From Hemiscyllium ocellatum (lineage: Eukaryota): a stretch of 64,000 nucleotides of DNA. Of this stretch, positions 1 through 11,409 are shown piece by piece. A model generated the notes under the pieces. The model ran no database searches. It was not told the DNA's origin and was given only the letters and a program-made list of their open reading frames with translations. Location of the stretch: contig NW_026867602.1 of the NCBI RefSeq assembly GCF_020745735.1, positions 248,001-312,000 on the forward strand. The letters are read 5' to 3'. Each line of letters opens with the position of its first letter. Within the stretch, counting starts at the first letter, position 1. The position numbers and the translations under genes were made by a program.

Positions 1-128
1 ATGAATAGGAAGGGTTTGGAGGGAGATGGGCCGGGTGCTGGCAGGTGGGACTAGATTGGGTTGGGATATCTGGGTCGGCATGGACGGGTTGGGCCGAAGG
101 GTCTGTTTCCATGCGGTACATCTCTGTG
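1..128 (+). mobile_element. CR1-clade LINE 3' end fragment
   Basis: Same sequence as the 3' tails of the CR1 copies at 35830-35945 and 45190-45300 (ggactagattgggttgggatatct...ccgaagggtctgtttc). Confidence 0.8.
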
Positions 129-1174
129 GCTCTGCCTGTGCTCCCGAACTGGGATCACTCTGCGTTGGTCACAAGACAATGCTTTTCCCTGCACCTCGTG
201 ACAATGAATTCAACTCAATTCACAAACTGTTCCAAAACGCCACCTTGCAGACGCCCCACAAGTTTTCTTGCAATCCACTCTCATTCCTGACTATCCCAGC
301 CCACCAGACCCTGTGGGAATACCCTGCGATCTCTGCATCCTTCCTTTCACCCACCGGAAAACGGCTCTGGAATTGGAGGACTGGGGTTGAGCTGGTCTCT
401 CTGGGATTCCCGAAGATGGACGGTCTTATTCCTTGAACTGCGAGAGATATTGGGCCTTTTCCCCTCTCCCATTTCACCCCGGGGTCCTGTGCCTGTNNNN
501 NNNNNNNNNNNNNNNNNNNNNNNNNNNNNNNNNNNNNNNNNNNNNNNNNNNNNNNNNNNNNNNNNNNNNNNNNNNNNNNNNNNNNNNNNNNNNNNNNNNN
601 NNNNNNNNNNNNNNNNNNNNNNNNNNNNNNNNNNNNNNNNNNNNNNNNNNNNNNNNNNNNNNNNNNNNNNNNNNNNNNNNNNNNNNNNNNNNNNNNNNNN
701 NNNNNNNNNNNNNNNNNNNNNNNNNNNNNNNNNNNNNNNNNNNNNNNNNNNNNNNNNNNNNNNNNNNNNNNNNNNNNNNNNNNNNNNNNNNNNNNNNNNN
801 NNNNNNNNNNNNNNNNNNNNNNNNNNNNNNNNNNNNNNNNNNNNNNNNNNNNNNNNNNNNNNNNNNNNNNNNNNNNNNNNNNNNNNNNNNNNNNNNNNNN
901 NNNNNNNNNNNNNNNNNNNNNNNNNNNNNNNNNNNNNNNNNNNNNNNNNNNNNNNNNNNNNNNNNNNNNNNNNNNNNNNNNNNNNNNNNNNNNNNNNNNN
1001 NNNNNNNNNNNNNNNNNNNNNNNNNNNNNNNTGAAGGGCTGACTCTCAGCCCCTCGGATACAGCCAGACTAACTCAGCTTTGCCAGCACCACACCGTCCA
1101 CCACTGACCCTGGTTTGACCCTTTGGGAGTTCGGCAGGCAAGGGTTCGAAGGGTGGGGGGAGCTGGGTGGAGGG

Positions 1175-3328
1175 TGCCTGTCCCTTTAAATCATGACCTT
1201 GCTCAGTGCCTGTCACTTTAACCCAGTCCGTGCTGTAGGGGAGAGTGCATGTCCCTTTAACCCAGTCCGTGCTGTAGGGGAAGGTGTGTGTCCCTTTAAC
1301 ACAGTCCGTGCTGTAGGGGAGGGCGCATGTCCCTTTAACACAGTCCGTGCTGTAGGGGAGGGCGCATGTCCCTTTAACACAGACCGTGCTGTAGGGGAGG
1401 GTGCATGTCCCTTTAACACAGTCCGTGCTGTAGGGGAGGGTGCATGTCCCTTTAACACAGTCCGTGATGTAGGGGAGGGCGCATGTCCCTTTAACACAGA
1501 CCGTGCTGTAGGGGAGGGTGCATGTCCCTTTAACCCAGCCCGTGCTGTAGGGGAGGGTGTATGTCCCTTTAACCCAGCCCGTGCTGTAGGGGAGGGTGCA
1601 TGTCCCTTTAACACAGACCGTGCTGTAGGGGAGGGTGCATGTCCCTTTAACCCAGTCTGTGCTGTAGGGGAGGGTGTGTCCCTTTAACCCAGTCCGTGCT
1701 GTAGGGGAGGGTGTGTGTCCCTTTAACCCAGTCCATGCTGCAGGGGAGGGTGTGTGTCCCTTTAACCCAGCCCGTGCTGTAGGGGAGGGTGTATGTCCCT
1801 TTAACACAGTCCATGCTGTAGGGGAGGGTGTGTGTCCCTTTAACACAGCCCGTGCTGTAGGGGAGGGTGCATGTCCCTTTAACACAGTCCGTGCTGTAGG
1901 GGAGGGTGTATGTCCCTTTAACACAGTCCGTGCTGTAGGGGAGGGTGTGTGTCCCTTTAACCCAGTCCGTGCTGTAGGGGAGGGCGCATGTCCCTTTAAC
2001 ACAGACCGTGCTGTAGGGGAGGGTGCGTGTCCCTTTAACACAGTCCGTGCTGTAGGGGAGGGTGCATGTCCCTTTAACACAGTCCGTGCTGTAGGGGAGG
2101 GCGCATGTCGCTTTAACACAGACCGTGCTGTAGGGGAGGGTGCATGTCCCTTTAACCCAGCCCGTGCTGTAGGGGAGGGTGTATGTCCCTTTAACCCAGC
2201 CCGTGCTGTAGGGGAGGGTGCATGTCCCTTTAACACAGACCGTGCTGTAGGGGAGGGTGCATGTCCCTTTAACCCAGTCTGTGCTGTAGGGGAGGGTGTG
2301 TGTCCCTTTAACCCAGTCCATGCTGTAGGGGAGGGTGTGTGTCCCTTTAACCCAGCCCGTGCTGTAGGGGAGGGTGCATGTCCCTTTAACACAGACCGTG
2401 CTGTAGGGGAGGGTGCATGTCCCTTTAACCCAGTCTGTGCTGTAGGGGAGGGTGCGTGTCCCTTTAACACAGTCCGTGCTGTAGGGGAGGGTGTGTGTCC
2501 CTTTAACACAGCCCGTGCTGTAGGGGAGGGTGCATGTCCCTTTAACCCAGCCCGTGCTGTAGGGGAGGGGGCATGTCCCTTTAACCCAGTCTGTGCTGTA
2601 GGGGAGGGTGTGTGTCCCTTTAACCCAGTCTGTGCTGTAGGGGAGGGTGTGTGTCCCTTTAACACAGCCCGTGCTGTAGGGGAGGGTGTGTGTCCCTTTA
2701 ACCCAGTCCGTGCTGTAGGGGAGGGTGTGTGTCCCTTTAACCCAGCCCGTGCTGTAGGGGAGGGTGCATGTCCCTTTAACACAGTCCGTGCTGTAGGGGA
2801 GGGTGCATGTCCCTTTAACACAGTCCGTGCTGTAGGGGAGGGTGCATGTCCCTTTAACACAGCCCGTGCTGTAGGGGAGGGTGTGTGTCCCTTTAACCCA
2901 GTCCGTGCTGCAGGGGAGGGTGTGTGTCCCTTTAACCCAGCCCGTGCTGTAGGGGAGGGTGCGTGTCCCTTTAACACAGTCCGTGCTGTAGGGGAGGGTG
3001 TGTGTCCCTTTAACACAGTCCGTGCTGTAGGGGAGGGTGCGTGTCCCTTTAACACAGTCCGTGCTGTAGGGGAGGGTGTGTGTCCCTTTAACCCAGCCCG
3101 TGCTGTAGGGGAGGGTGTCTGTCCCTTTAACACAGTCCGTGCTGTAGGGGAGGGTGCATGTCCCTTTAACCCAGTCCGTGCTGTAGGGGAGGGTGTGTGT
3201 CCCTTTAACCCAGTCCATGCTGTAGGGGAGGGTGCGTGTCCCTTTAACCCAGTCCGTGCTGTAGGGGAGGGTGTGTGTCCCTTTAACCCAGTCCGTGCTG
3301 TAGGGGAGGGTGCCTGTCCCTTTAACCG
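1175..3328. repeat. 39-bp minisatellite, ~54 copies, ending ~65 bp upstream of the UBL4A ATG
   Basis: Unit gtgctgtaggggagggtgcatgtccctttaacacagtcc read directly; explains ORFs 1046-3424, 1647-3218 and 1674-3488. Confidence 0.97.
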
Positions 3329-3392
3329 AGGTCTGGTTCTGCCCAACTGTGCCTTAAAGCCGGGGCCTGGTGTGTCAGGCTTCCTGGGAAAC

Positions 3393-3440
3393 ATGCAACT
3401 CGTTATTAAACAACTCCACGGCACCGAGTGCCGGTTGGAG
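3393..3440 (+). CDS. UBL4A: Ubiquitin-like protein 4A, exon 1 of 4 (join 3393-3440,4157-4262,5171-5364,7701-7811; 152 aa)
   Basis: ATG, MQLVIKQLHGTECRLE, GT donor at 3441; matches recalled human MQLTVKALQGRECSLQ. Confidence 0.93.
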
Positions 3441-3514
3441 GTGGGTGAGGAGGGAGCCGCGACTGTGCACCATTACCGTCTCGGCTAATAATGTCAGGAG
3501 ACCCTCCCGAACCG

Positions 3515-4045
3515 GGGCTGGAGGAGGGGACGGAGATAGGGAGGGGGTGTAGGGGCTGGAGGAGGGGACGGAGATAGGGAGGGGGTGTAGGGGCTGGAGG
3601 AGGGGACGGGGATAGGGAGGGGGTGTAGGGGCTGGAGGAGGGGACGGGGATAGGGAGGGGGTGTAGGGGCTGGAGGAGGGGACGGAGATAGGGAGGGGGT
3701 GTAGGGGCTGGAGGAGGGGACGGAGATAGGGAGGGGGTGTAGGGGGCTGGAGGAGGGGACGGGGATAGGGAGTGGGTGTAGGGGCTGGAGGAGGGGATGG
3801 AGATAGGGAGGGGGTGTAGGTGCTGAAGGAGGGACGGAGATAGGGAGGGGGTGTAGGGGGCTGGAGGAGGGGACGGGGATAGGGAGGGGTGTAGGGGCTG
3901 GAGGAGGGGGTGTAGGGGCTGGAGGAGGGGACGGAGATAGGGAGGGGGTGTAGGGGCTGGAGGAGGGGACGGGGATAGGGAGGGGGTGTAGGGGCTGGAG
4001 GAGGGGACGGAGATAGGGAGGGGGTGTAGGGGCTGGAGGAGGGGT
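3515..4045. repeat. 38-bp G-rich minisatellite in UBL4A intron 1
   Basis: Unit ggggctggaggaggggacggagatagggagggggtgta; reverse-complement array at 9690-10335. Confidence 0.95.
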
Positions 4046-4156
4046 AATGATGAATTGAGAAGCGAAGGTGGACATTCAGTCCCTGTCACTCGATCTGATA
4101 CTAGCCCTCTGTCTCTCTCTCTCTCTCTGACCTGGGCCTGTTGACTTTACCGTCAG

Positions 4157-4262
4157 GTTCAGGAAAACGAGATGGTGGTTACGGTGAAGAAGCTTATCGC
4201 CGACATGATGAATATTCCAGTGGCTCAGCAACGATTACTCTACATGGGCAAGGCACTCTTAG
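4157..4262 (+). CDS. UBL4A: UBL4A exon 2
   Basis: cag|VQENEMVVTVKKLIADMMNIPVAQQRLLYMGKALL|gtaatg; ubiquitin-fold QQRLLxxGKAL motif. Confidence 0.96.
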
Positions 4263-4279
4263 GTAATGCAACGACAGAA

Positions 4280-4835
4280 GGCCTCAGGCCTCCCTGTGAG
4301 GCAGACAGAGCAGGCCTCACGCCTCGCTGGGAAGCAGGCAGAGCAGGCCCCAGGCCTAGTTGGGAAGCAGGCAGAGCAGGCCCCAGGCCTCGCTGGGAAG
4401 CAGGCAGAGCAGGCCCCAGGCCTCGCTGGGAAGTGGGCAGAGCAGGCCCCAGGCCTCGCTGGGAAGCGGGCAGAGCAGGCCCCAGGCCTCGCTGGGAAGC
4501 GGGCAGAGCAGGCCCCAGGCCTCGCTGGGAAGCGGGCAGAGCAGGCCCCAGGCCTCGCTGGGAAGCAGGCAGAGCAGGCCCCAGGCCTCGCTGGGAAGCA
4601 GGCAGAGCAGGCCCCAGGCCTCGCTGGGAAGCGGGGAGAGCAGGCCCCAGGCCTCGCTGGGAGGCGGGGAGAGCAGGCCCCAGGCCTAGTTGGGAAGCGG
4701 GGAGAGCAGGCCCCAGGCCTCGCTGGGAGGTGGGGAGAGCAGGCCTCAGGCCTCCCTGTGAGGCAGACAGAGCAGGCCTCACGCCTCGGTGGGAGAGCAG
4801 GCCCCAGGCCTGGCTAGGAGGCGGGGAGAGCAGGC
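4280..4835. repeat. 33-bp minisatellite in UBL4A intron 2
   Basis: Unit ctgggaagcaggcagagcaggccccaggcctcg. Confidence 0.93.
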
Positions 4836-5170
4836 CTCATGCCTCTCAGTGGGCGGTGAGAGCAGACCCAGGCCTCACACAGGGCAGGGTGAGCAGGCCC
4901 CAGGCTTCATAGGGGGTGCAGGGAGACTTCACATGGTACATGAATACCAGGCCCCCAACCTTACAAGGACCAGTGAGAGCAGGCCCCAGGGCTCACACGG
5001 TATAAGGAGACTAGGCCTCAGGCCTCACCCAGGGCAGGGAGAGCAGGCCCCAGGTCTCTCAGAGGGCAGAGCCAGGCGAAGGTGGCTCCGAGTTGACGTC
5101 CCAGGTTTCAGTCTGATCTCTTGCAGCCTCCCTCCCTCTCTTCCCTCGCCCCCCACCCCCTCCATTACAG

Positions 5171-5364
5171 ATGATCACAGGCTGAGCGACTACAGTATCC
5201 GAGCGAACACCAAGCTGAACCTGGTGGTGAAACCCAGCGATAGGAGCTCGCCAGACGGCACAGCCCAGACAGCTAGGCCGCAGCCTTGGCAACTGGTGTG
5301 GGAAATCCTGGCCAAGCACTTCACCCCAGCGGACGCAGAGAAGGTTCTGGAACAGCTGCAGAAG
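5171..5364 (+). CDS. UBL4A: UBL4A exon 3
   Basis: cag|(D)DHRLSDYSIRANTKLNLVVKP...WEILAKHFTPADAEKVLEQLQK|gtgagc; phase matches exon 2. Confidence 0.96.
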
Positions 5365-5396
5365 GTGAGCGAGTAATGCTCATCAGCCCGGCCTCC

Positions 5397-6205
5397 AGTG
5401 TAGAGGGAGCTTTACTCTGTATCTAACCCCCTGTCCCTGGGAGTGGGGGACAGAGTAGAGGAAGCTTAACTCTGTATCTAACCCCCTGTCCCTGGGAATG
5501 GGGGACAGAGTAGAGGGAGCTTTACTCTGTATCTAACCCCCTGTCCCTGGGAATGGGGGACAGAGTAGAGGGAGCTTTAAACTGTATCTAACCCCCTGTC
5601 CCTGGGAATGGGGGACAGAGTAGAGGGAGCTTTACTCTGTATCTAACCCCCTGTCCCTGGGAGTGGGGGACAGTGTAGAGGGAGCTTTACTCTGTATCTA
5701 ACCCCCTGTCCCTGGGAGTGGGGGACAGTGTAGAGGGAGCTTTACTCTGTATCTAACCCCCTGTCCCTGGGAGTGGGGGACAGTGTAGAGGGAGCTTTAC
5801 TCTGTATCTAACCCCCTGTCCCTGGGAATGGGGGACAGTGTAGAGGGAGCTTTACTCTGTATCTAACCCCCTGTCCCTGGGAATGGGGGACAGTGTAGAG
5901 GGAGCTTTACTCTGTATCTAACCCCCTGTCCCTGGGAGTGGGGGACAGTGTAGAGGAGCTTTACTCTGTATCTAACCCTCTGTCCCTGGGAGTGGGGGAC
6001 AGTGTAGAGGGAGCTTTACTCTGTATCTAACCCCCTGTCCCTGGGAGTGGGGGACAGTGTAGAGGGAGCTTTACTCTGTATCTAACCCCCTGTCCCTGGG
6101 AGTGGGGACAGTGTAGAGGGAGCTTTACTCTGTATCTAACCCCCTGTCCCTGGGAGTGGGGGACAGTGTAGAGGGAGCTTTACTCTGTATCTAACCCCCT
6201 GTCCC
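5397..6205. repeat. 55-bp minisatellite in UBL4A intron 3, followed by C/T low-complexity DNA and a gap
   Basis: Unit agtgtagagggagctttactctgtatctaaccccctgtccctgggagtgggggac; same family inverted at 23940-24672. Confidence 0.95.
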
Positions 6206-7700
6206 TCTCTCCCTCCCCGTCCCCCTCTCTCCCTCCCCCATCCCCCTCTCTCCCTCCCCATCCCCTCTCTCCCTCCCCATCCCCTCTCTCCCCCGTCATC
6301 CCCTCTCTCCCCCGTCATCCCCTCTCTCTCTCCCCCGTCATCCCCTCTCTCCCTCCCCATCCCCTCTCTCCCTCCCCATCCCCTCTCTCCCTCCCCATCC
6401 CCTCTCTCCCTCCCCATCCCCCTCTCTCCCTCCCCATCCCCTCTCTCCCTCCCCATCCCCTCTCTCCCTCCCCATCCCCCTCTCTCCCTCCCCATCCCCC
6501 TCTCTCCCTCCCCGTGCCCCTCTCTCNNNNNNNNNNNNNNNNNNNNNNNNNNNNNNNNNNNNNNNNNNNNNNNNNNNNNNNNNNNNNNNNNNNNNNNNNN
6601 NNNNNNNNNNNNNNNNNNNNNNNNNNNNNNNNNNNNNNNNNNNNNNNNNNNNNNNNNNNNNNNNNNNNNNNNNNNNNNNNNNNNNNNNNNNNNNNNNNNN
6701 NNNNNNNNNNNNNNNNNNNNNNNNNNNNNNNNNNNNNNNNNNNNNNNNNNNNNNNNNNNNNNNNNNNNNNNNNNNNNNNNNNNNNNNNNNNNNNNNNNNN
6801 NNNNNNNNNNNNNNNNNNNNNNNNNNNNNNNNNNNNNNNNNNNNNNNNNNNNNNNNNNNNNNNNNNNNNNNNNNNNNNNNNNNNNNNNNNNNNNNNNNNN
6901 NNNNNNNNNNNNNNNNNNNNNNNNNNNNNNNNNNNNNNNNNNNNNNNNNNNNNNNNNNCCTCTCTCCCTCCCCATCCCCCTCTCTCCCTCCCCATCCCCC
7001 CTCTCCCTCCCTCTCCCCCTCTCTCCCTCCCCATGCCCCTCTCTCCCTCCCCATCCCCCCTCTCCCTCCCTCTCCCCCTCTCTCCCTCCCCATCCCCCTC
7101 TCTCCCTCCCTCTCCCCCTCTCTCCCTCCCCATCCCCCTCTCTCCCTCCCTCTCCCCCTCTCTCCCTCCCTCTCCCCCTCTCTCCCTCCCCATCCCCCTC
7201 TCTCCCTCCCCATCCCCCCTCTCTCCCTCCCCATCCCCCTCTCTCCCTCCCTCTCCCCCTCTCTCCCTCCCCATCCCCTCTCTCCCTCCCCATCCCCCCT
7301 CTCCCTCCCCATCCCCCTCTCTCCCTCCCCATCCCTCTCTCTCCCTCCCCATCCCCTCTCTCCCTCCCCATCCCCCCTCTCCCTCCCCATCCCCCTCTCT
7401 CCCTCCCCCCCATCCCCCTCTCTCCCTCCCCGTCCCCCTCTCTCCCTCTCCCCCCCTCTCCCTCCCTATCCCTCTCTCTCCCTCCCTATCCCCCTCTCTC
7501 CCTCCCTGTCCCCCCTCTCCCTCCCCATCCCCCTCTCTCCCTCCCTCTCCCTCTCTCCCTCCCTGTCCCCCCTCTCCCTCCCCATCCCCTCTCTCCCTCC
7601 CTATCCCCCTCTCTCCCTCCCCATCCCCCCCTCTCCCTCCCTGTCCCCCCTCTCCCTCCCCGTGCCCCTCTCTCCCTCCCTGTCCCCCTCTCCCCCTCAG

Positions 7701-7811
7701 GATTATGAACGGGCTCTGCGTCTGCTCAGTCTTGACGACATTGAACGAATATCCACCCGGATCCTCCACCCGGATTCCGCGGAATCTCTGGAACTGTCAT
7801 TCCTGGACTAG
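7701..7811 (+). CDS. UBL4A: UBL4A exon 4 (last coding)
   Basis: cag|DYERALRLLSLDDIERISTRILHPDSAESLELSFLD*; cf. human DYERSLSRLTLDDIERLASRFLHP. Confidence 0.95.
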   Translation, partial: DYERALRLLSLDDIERISTRILHPDSAESLELSFLD

Positions 7812-7962
7812 ATCCTCTGTCTCTCCCGCGGTCGCTTGCTCTGTCTCACTCCATCTTCCTGTTCCTGACAATGTTGTCTCCCTCCCGAGAGACGGTGCTC
7901 AGGCAGAGCCCGCTTTGTTCCGGAACGTTCCGGCCGGATGGCCGAGTAATTCGTGTGGATCT

Positions 7963-7968
7963 ATTAAA
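7963..7968 (+). terminator. Probable UBL4A polyadenylation signal ATTAAA
   Basis: Variant hexamer ~150 nt after the stop codon. Confidence 0.5.
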
Positions 7969-8123
7969 AACGACTACACAAGATGGAGGCTGTTCTCGCT
8001 CACTTTCCTCGACAGGGCGGCCATTTTGGGAGCCCATCTCGCCCCATTTCCCGGTCACTCCTGACCATCCCCTCGCTCCCCCTAAACGACAAATCCCAGA
8101 ATCGGGAAAGCATTCCAAGCATC

Positions 8124-8590
8124 AGCACTGAGGGAGCGGGCGCTGTGGGAGGGTCAGTGCTGAGGGAGCGGGCGCTGTGGGAGGGTCAGTGCTGAGGGAG
8201 CGGGCGCTGTGGGAGGGTCAGTGCTGAGGGAGCGGGTGCTGAGGGGAGGGTCAGTGCTGAGGGAGCGGGCGCTGTGGGAGGGTCAGTGCTGAGGGAGTGG
8301 GGTCTGTGGGAGGGTCAGTGCTGAGGGAGCGGGTGCTGAGGGAGGGTCAGTGCTGAGGGAGCGGGCGCTGTGGGAGGGTCAGTGCTGAGGGAGCGGGCGC
8401 TGTGGGAGGGTCAGTGCTGAGGGAGCGGGCGCTGTGTGACGGTCAGTGCTGAGGGAGCGGGCGCTGTGTGATGGTCAGTGCTGAGGGAGCGGGCGCTGTG
8501 GGATGGTCAGTGCTGAGGGAGCGGGCGCTGTGTGATGGTCAGTGCTGAGGGAGCGGGTGCTGTGTGACGGTCAGTGCTGAGGGAGCGGAC
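8124..8590. repeat. 32-bp minisatellite
   Basis: Unit gggagggtcagtgctgagggagcgggcgctgt, ~14 copies. Confidence 0.95.
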
Positions 8591-9424
8591 ACATCAGGCT
8601 AACCAGGCCAAGGTGAGTTATGACATTGACTGTAACAACAGCACCTTCCTGATCAGCTCCAAACGCTAATCGTATTTAATCCCAGGCTGAGAGTTTTGGA
8701 TTACTGAGGTAATCTCCGCTCCACGTTCCCTTGTCTGAACCCAGAGACACATGTCTGTTTTCCAAAATGGCCGCCGACCCACAATGCTCAGATTGCCTCA
8801 CTTCCATTCAGTTTTATTTATCTTTTGCTTTTTATCGCCTCTCGTGTTTCCTTGTTTTTGAAGCCCGGAATGCGGCAGGGTGAGGGAGGAGGAATCCCGT
8901 CCAGTGAGGAGCAGGCCCTTGGGGCCGCTCTCGCGGGCTAGGCCCAGGCTCCGAGTCTGCCACTAGGCCCGAAGTGGCGGCCATGCCGTCAAGAGGGACG
9001 GGCGGAGTGAGGGCGCGCGCAGATATCGAGCAGTGTCTGGGGGGGAGGGTGGGGGAGAGGGAGAGATGAACTCTTGTTGTGAAATCTTGCACGACATCGT
9101 TTCCTTTTCGATTATTTCAAGTCTTGCGCCGTGCTCAAGAGTTTCAAAGTGGTGTCAGAACGTGACGAGAAGGTGCACGTCCCACACGATAAGAGAACGT
9201 CTTCCCAGTGTCTTTTTATATACAGCTGACGATAAACCGAACTCTAATCTGATCTCTCAGTAAGTCCCAGCTCATGAAGACTGAGCCGTTGGGATTTTCT
9301 CGGCTAACCAGCCCTGGTGATTAGCCTCCATTGACTCCGTCAACTGCCCAAGGGGTCACGCCTCATGTTTACGAACGTCTTTCCTTCCGAGGGGAGACCT
9401 GTTTGCGAATTCTGTGCCCCCTCG

Positions 9425-9632
9425 TGGTTTTATAAACCTCTACCAGGTCACCCCCTCAGCCTCCGACGCTCCGGGGAAAACAGCCCCCGGCCTACCCAGC
9501 CTCTCACAGCAGCTCAATCCCTTTCCCGAACCCTTTCCCAACATCCTTCCCTGTAGCGGGGAGAGACCAGAATCGAACGCGGTATTCCCAAAGCGGCCTC
9601 ACCGATACAACCGCGACATGACCTCCCGACAC
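9425..9632 (-). mobile_element. Decayed CR1 ORF2 fragment
   Basis: tataaacctctac...ggtcaccccctcagcctccgacgctcc...aaaacagcccc matches the CR1 copy at 44350-44410. Confidence 0.7.
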
Positions 9633-9689
9633 CTCTCTCTCTCTCTAACCCAGGGACAGTGATCAGGAGCAGGAACCCTGGCTGATTTC

Positions 9690-10335
9690 CCCTCCCTATC
9701 TCCGTCCCCTCCTCCAGCCCCCTACACCCCCTCCCTATCTCCGTCCCCTCCTCCAGCCCCTACACCCCCTCCCTATCTCCGTCCCCTCCTCCAGCCCCCT
9801 ACACCCCCTCCCTATCTCCGTCCCCTCCTCCAGCCCCTACACCCCCTCCTTATCTCCGTCCCCTCCTCCAGCTCCTACACCCCCTCCCTATCTCCGTCCC
9901 CTCCTCCAGCCTCCTACACTCCCTCCCTATCTCCGTCCCCTCCTCCAGCCCCTACACCCCCTCCCTATCCCCGTCCCCTCCTCCAGCCCCTACACCCCCT
10001 CCCTATCTCCGTCCCCTCCTCCAGCCCCTACACCCCCTCCCTATCTCCGTCCCCTCCTCCAGCCCCTACACCCCCTCCCTATCTCCGTCCCCTCCTCCAG
10101 CCCCTACACCCCCTCCCTATCTCCGTCCCCTCCTCCAGCCCCTACACCCCCTCCCTATCTCCGTCCCCTCCTCCAGCCCCTACACCCCCTCCCTATCTCC
10201 GTCCCCTCCTCCAGCCCCTACACCCCCTCCCTATCTCCGTCCCCTCCTCCAGCCCCTACACCCCCTCCCTATCTCCGTCCCCTCCTCCAGCCCCTACACC
10301 CCTTCCCTATCTCCGTCCGCTCCTCCAGCCCCCCT
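9690..10335. repeat. 38-bp minisatellite, reverse complement of the UBL4A intron 1 array
   Basis: Unit tacaccccctccctatctccgtcccctcctccagcccc, ~17 copies. Confidence 0.95.
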
Positions 10336-11409
10336 CTGACACTCTCCCACCCCAGGATGGGAACGTGACGCTGGGGGCTGTGATGGTTAAGCCTGGCGTT
10401 GACAGGTTAATGATTGGCGTCTCATTTGGAAGTTATCTGACATCGATGACCCGGTGACTGTGGGCTGTGGTGTTAGCGTGTGGCTCTGTTTGGGTTGGAC
10501 ATCACACGCTGTGTACCCGGGCCAGGATCCTGACTTCGTCTGGACCTGTCTCGCTCCCTCCTCTCTCGCCACGCAGAACGGAAACTGAGATCAAATCATT
10601 TCTGCAAAACCTTTATTCCAGTTCATAGGGGGGTCTGGAGAGGTAAGGGACTGTGACCTATTCCCACTGTCTCCCAGTGTCCAGCTACAGCAGCAATACA
10701 CATACACACACATATACACACTCACATACACACACTCNNNNNNNNNNNNNNNNNNNNNNNNNNNNNNNNNNNNNNNNNNNNNNNNNNNNNNNNNNNNNNN
10801 NNNNNNNNNNNNNNNNNNNNNNNNNNNNNNNNNNNNNNNNNNNNNNNNNNNNNNNNNNNNNNNNNNNNNNNNNNNNNNNNNNNNNNNNNNNNNNNNNNNN
10901 NNNNNNNNNNNNNNNNNNNNNNNNNNNNNNNNNNNNNNNNNNNNNNNNNNNNNNNNNNNNNNNNNNNNNNNNNNNNNNNNCNNNNNNNNNNNNNNNNNNN
11001 NNNNNNNNNNNNNNNNNNNNNNNNNNNNNNNNNNNNNNNNNNNNNNNNNNNNNNNNNNNNNNNNNNNNNNNNNNNNNNNNNNNNNNNNNNNNNNNNNNNN
11101 NNNNNNNNNNNNNNNNNNNNNNNNNNNNNNNCAGAAACCCCCCCCCCAGGTCCCAACAGCCCCTCTGTGGTCAGATATTGCGCCCCTCCCCCTCAGAGAC
11201 AGATATACACCCCTTGGAGATATATCACCCAAACCCCCTTGGAGACATAACCCTCCCCCCTAGCCTCAGACACACATACAGCCCATTGGAGACAGAATTC
11301 ACCCCCTTGGACACATATATTACCCTCTCAGATACATCCATCCACCTGTCGGACACATATATATTCCCCTGTCGAACACGAATCACCCTCCGAAACATAT
11401 ATCTGCCTC

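Noticed and set aside
1046-3488. Long ORFs of 792, 604 and 523 aa
   Set aside because: Translations of a 39-bp minisatellite open in several frames on both strands.
4172-4912. 246-aa ubiquitin-like protein with WEAGRAGPRPR repeats
   Set aside because: Read-through of UBL4A exon 2 into an intronic 33-bp repeat; a canonical donor at 4263 restores the normal protein.
6136-8064. Gly/Arg/Glu- and Pro/Ser/Leu-rich ORFs (also 10653-12887, 28581-29563, 47253-50112, 59122-60308, 62920-63880)
   Set aside because: Low-complexity DNA, minisatellites and N-runs; only the short embedded exons are real.
10575-10635. Box C/D snoRNA on the minus strand
   Set aside because: No proper RUGAUGA and terminal CUGA pair; better read as a poly(A) signal region.
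10981-10981. Single C inside an N-run
   Set aside because: Assembly or masking artefact.
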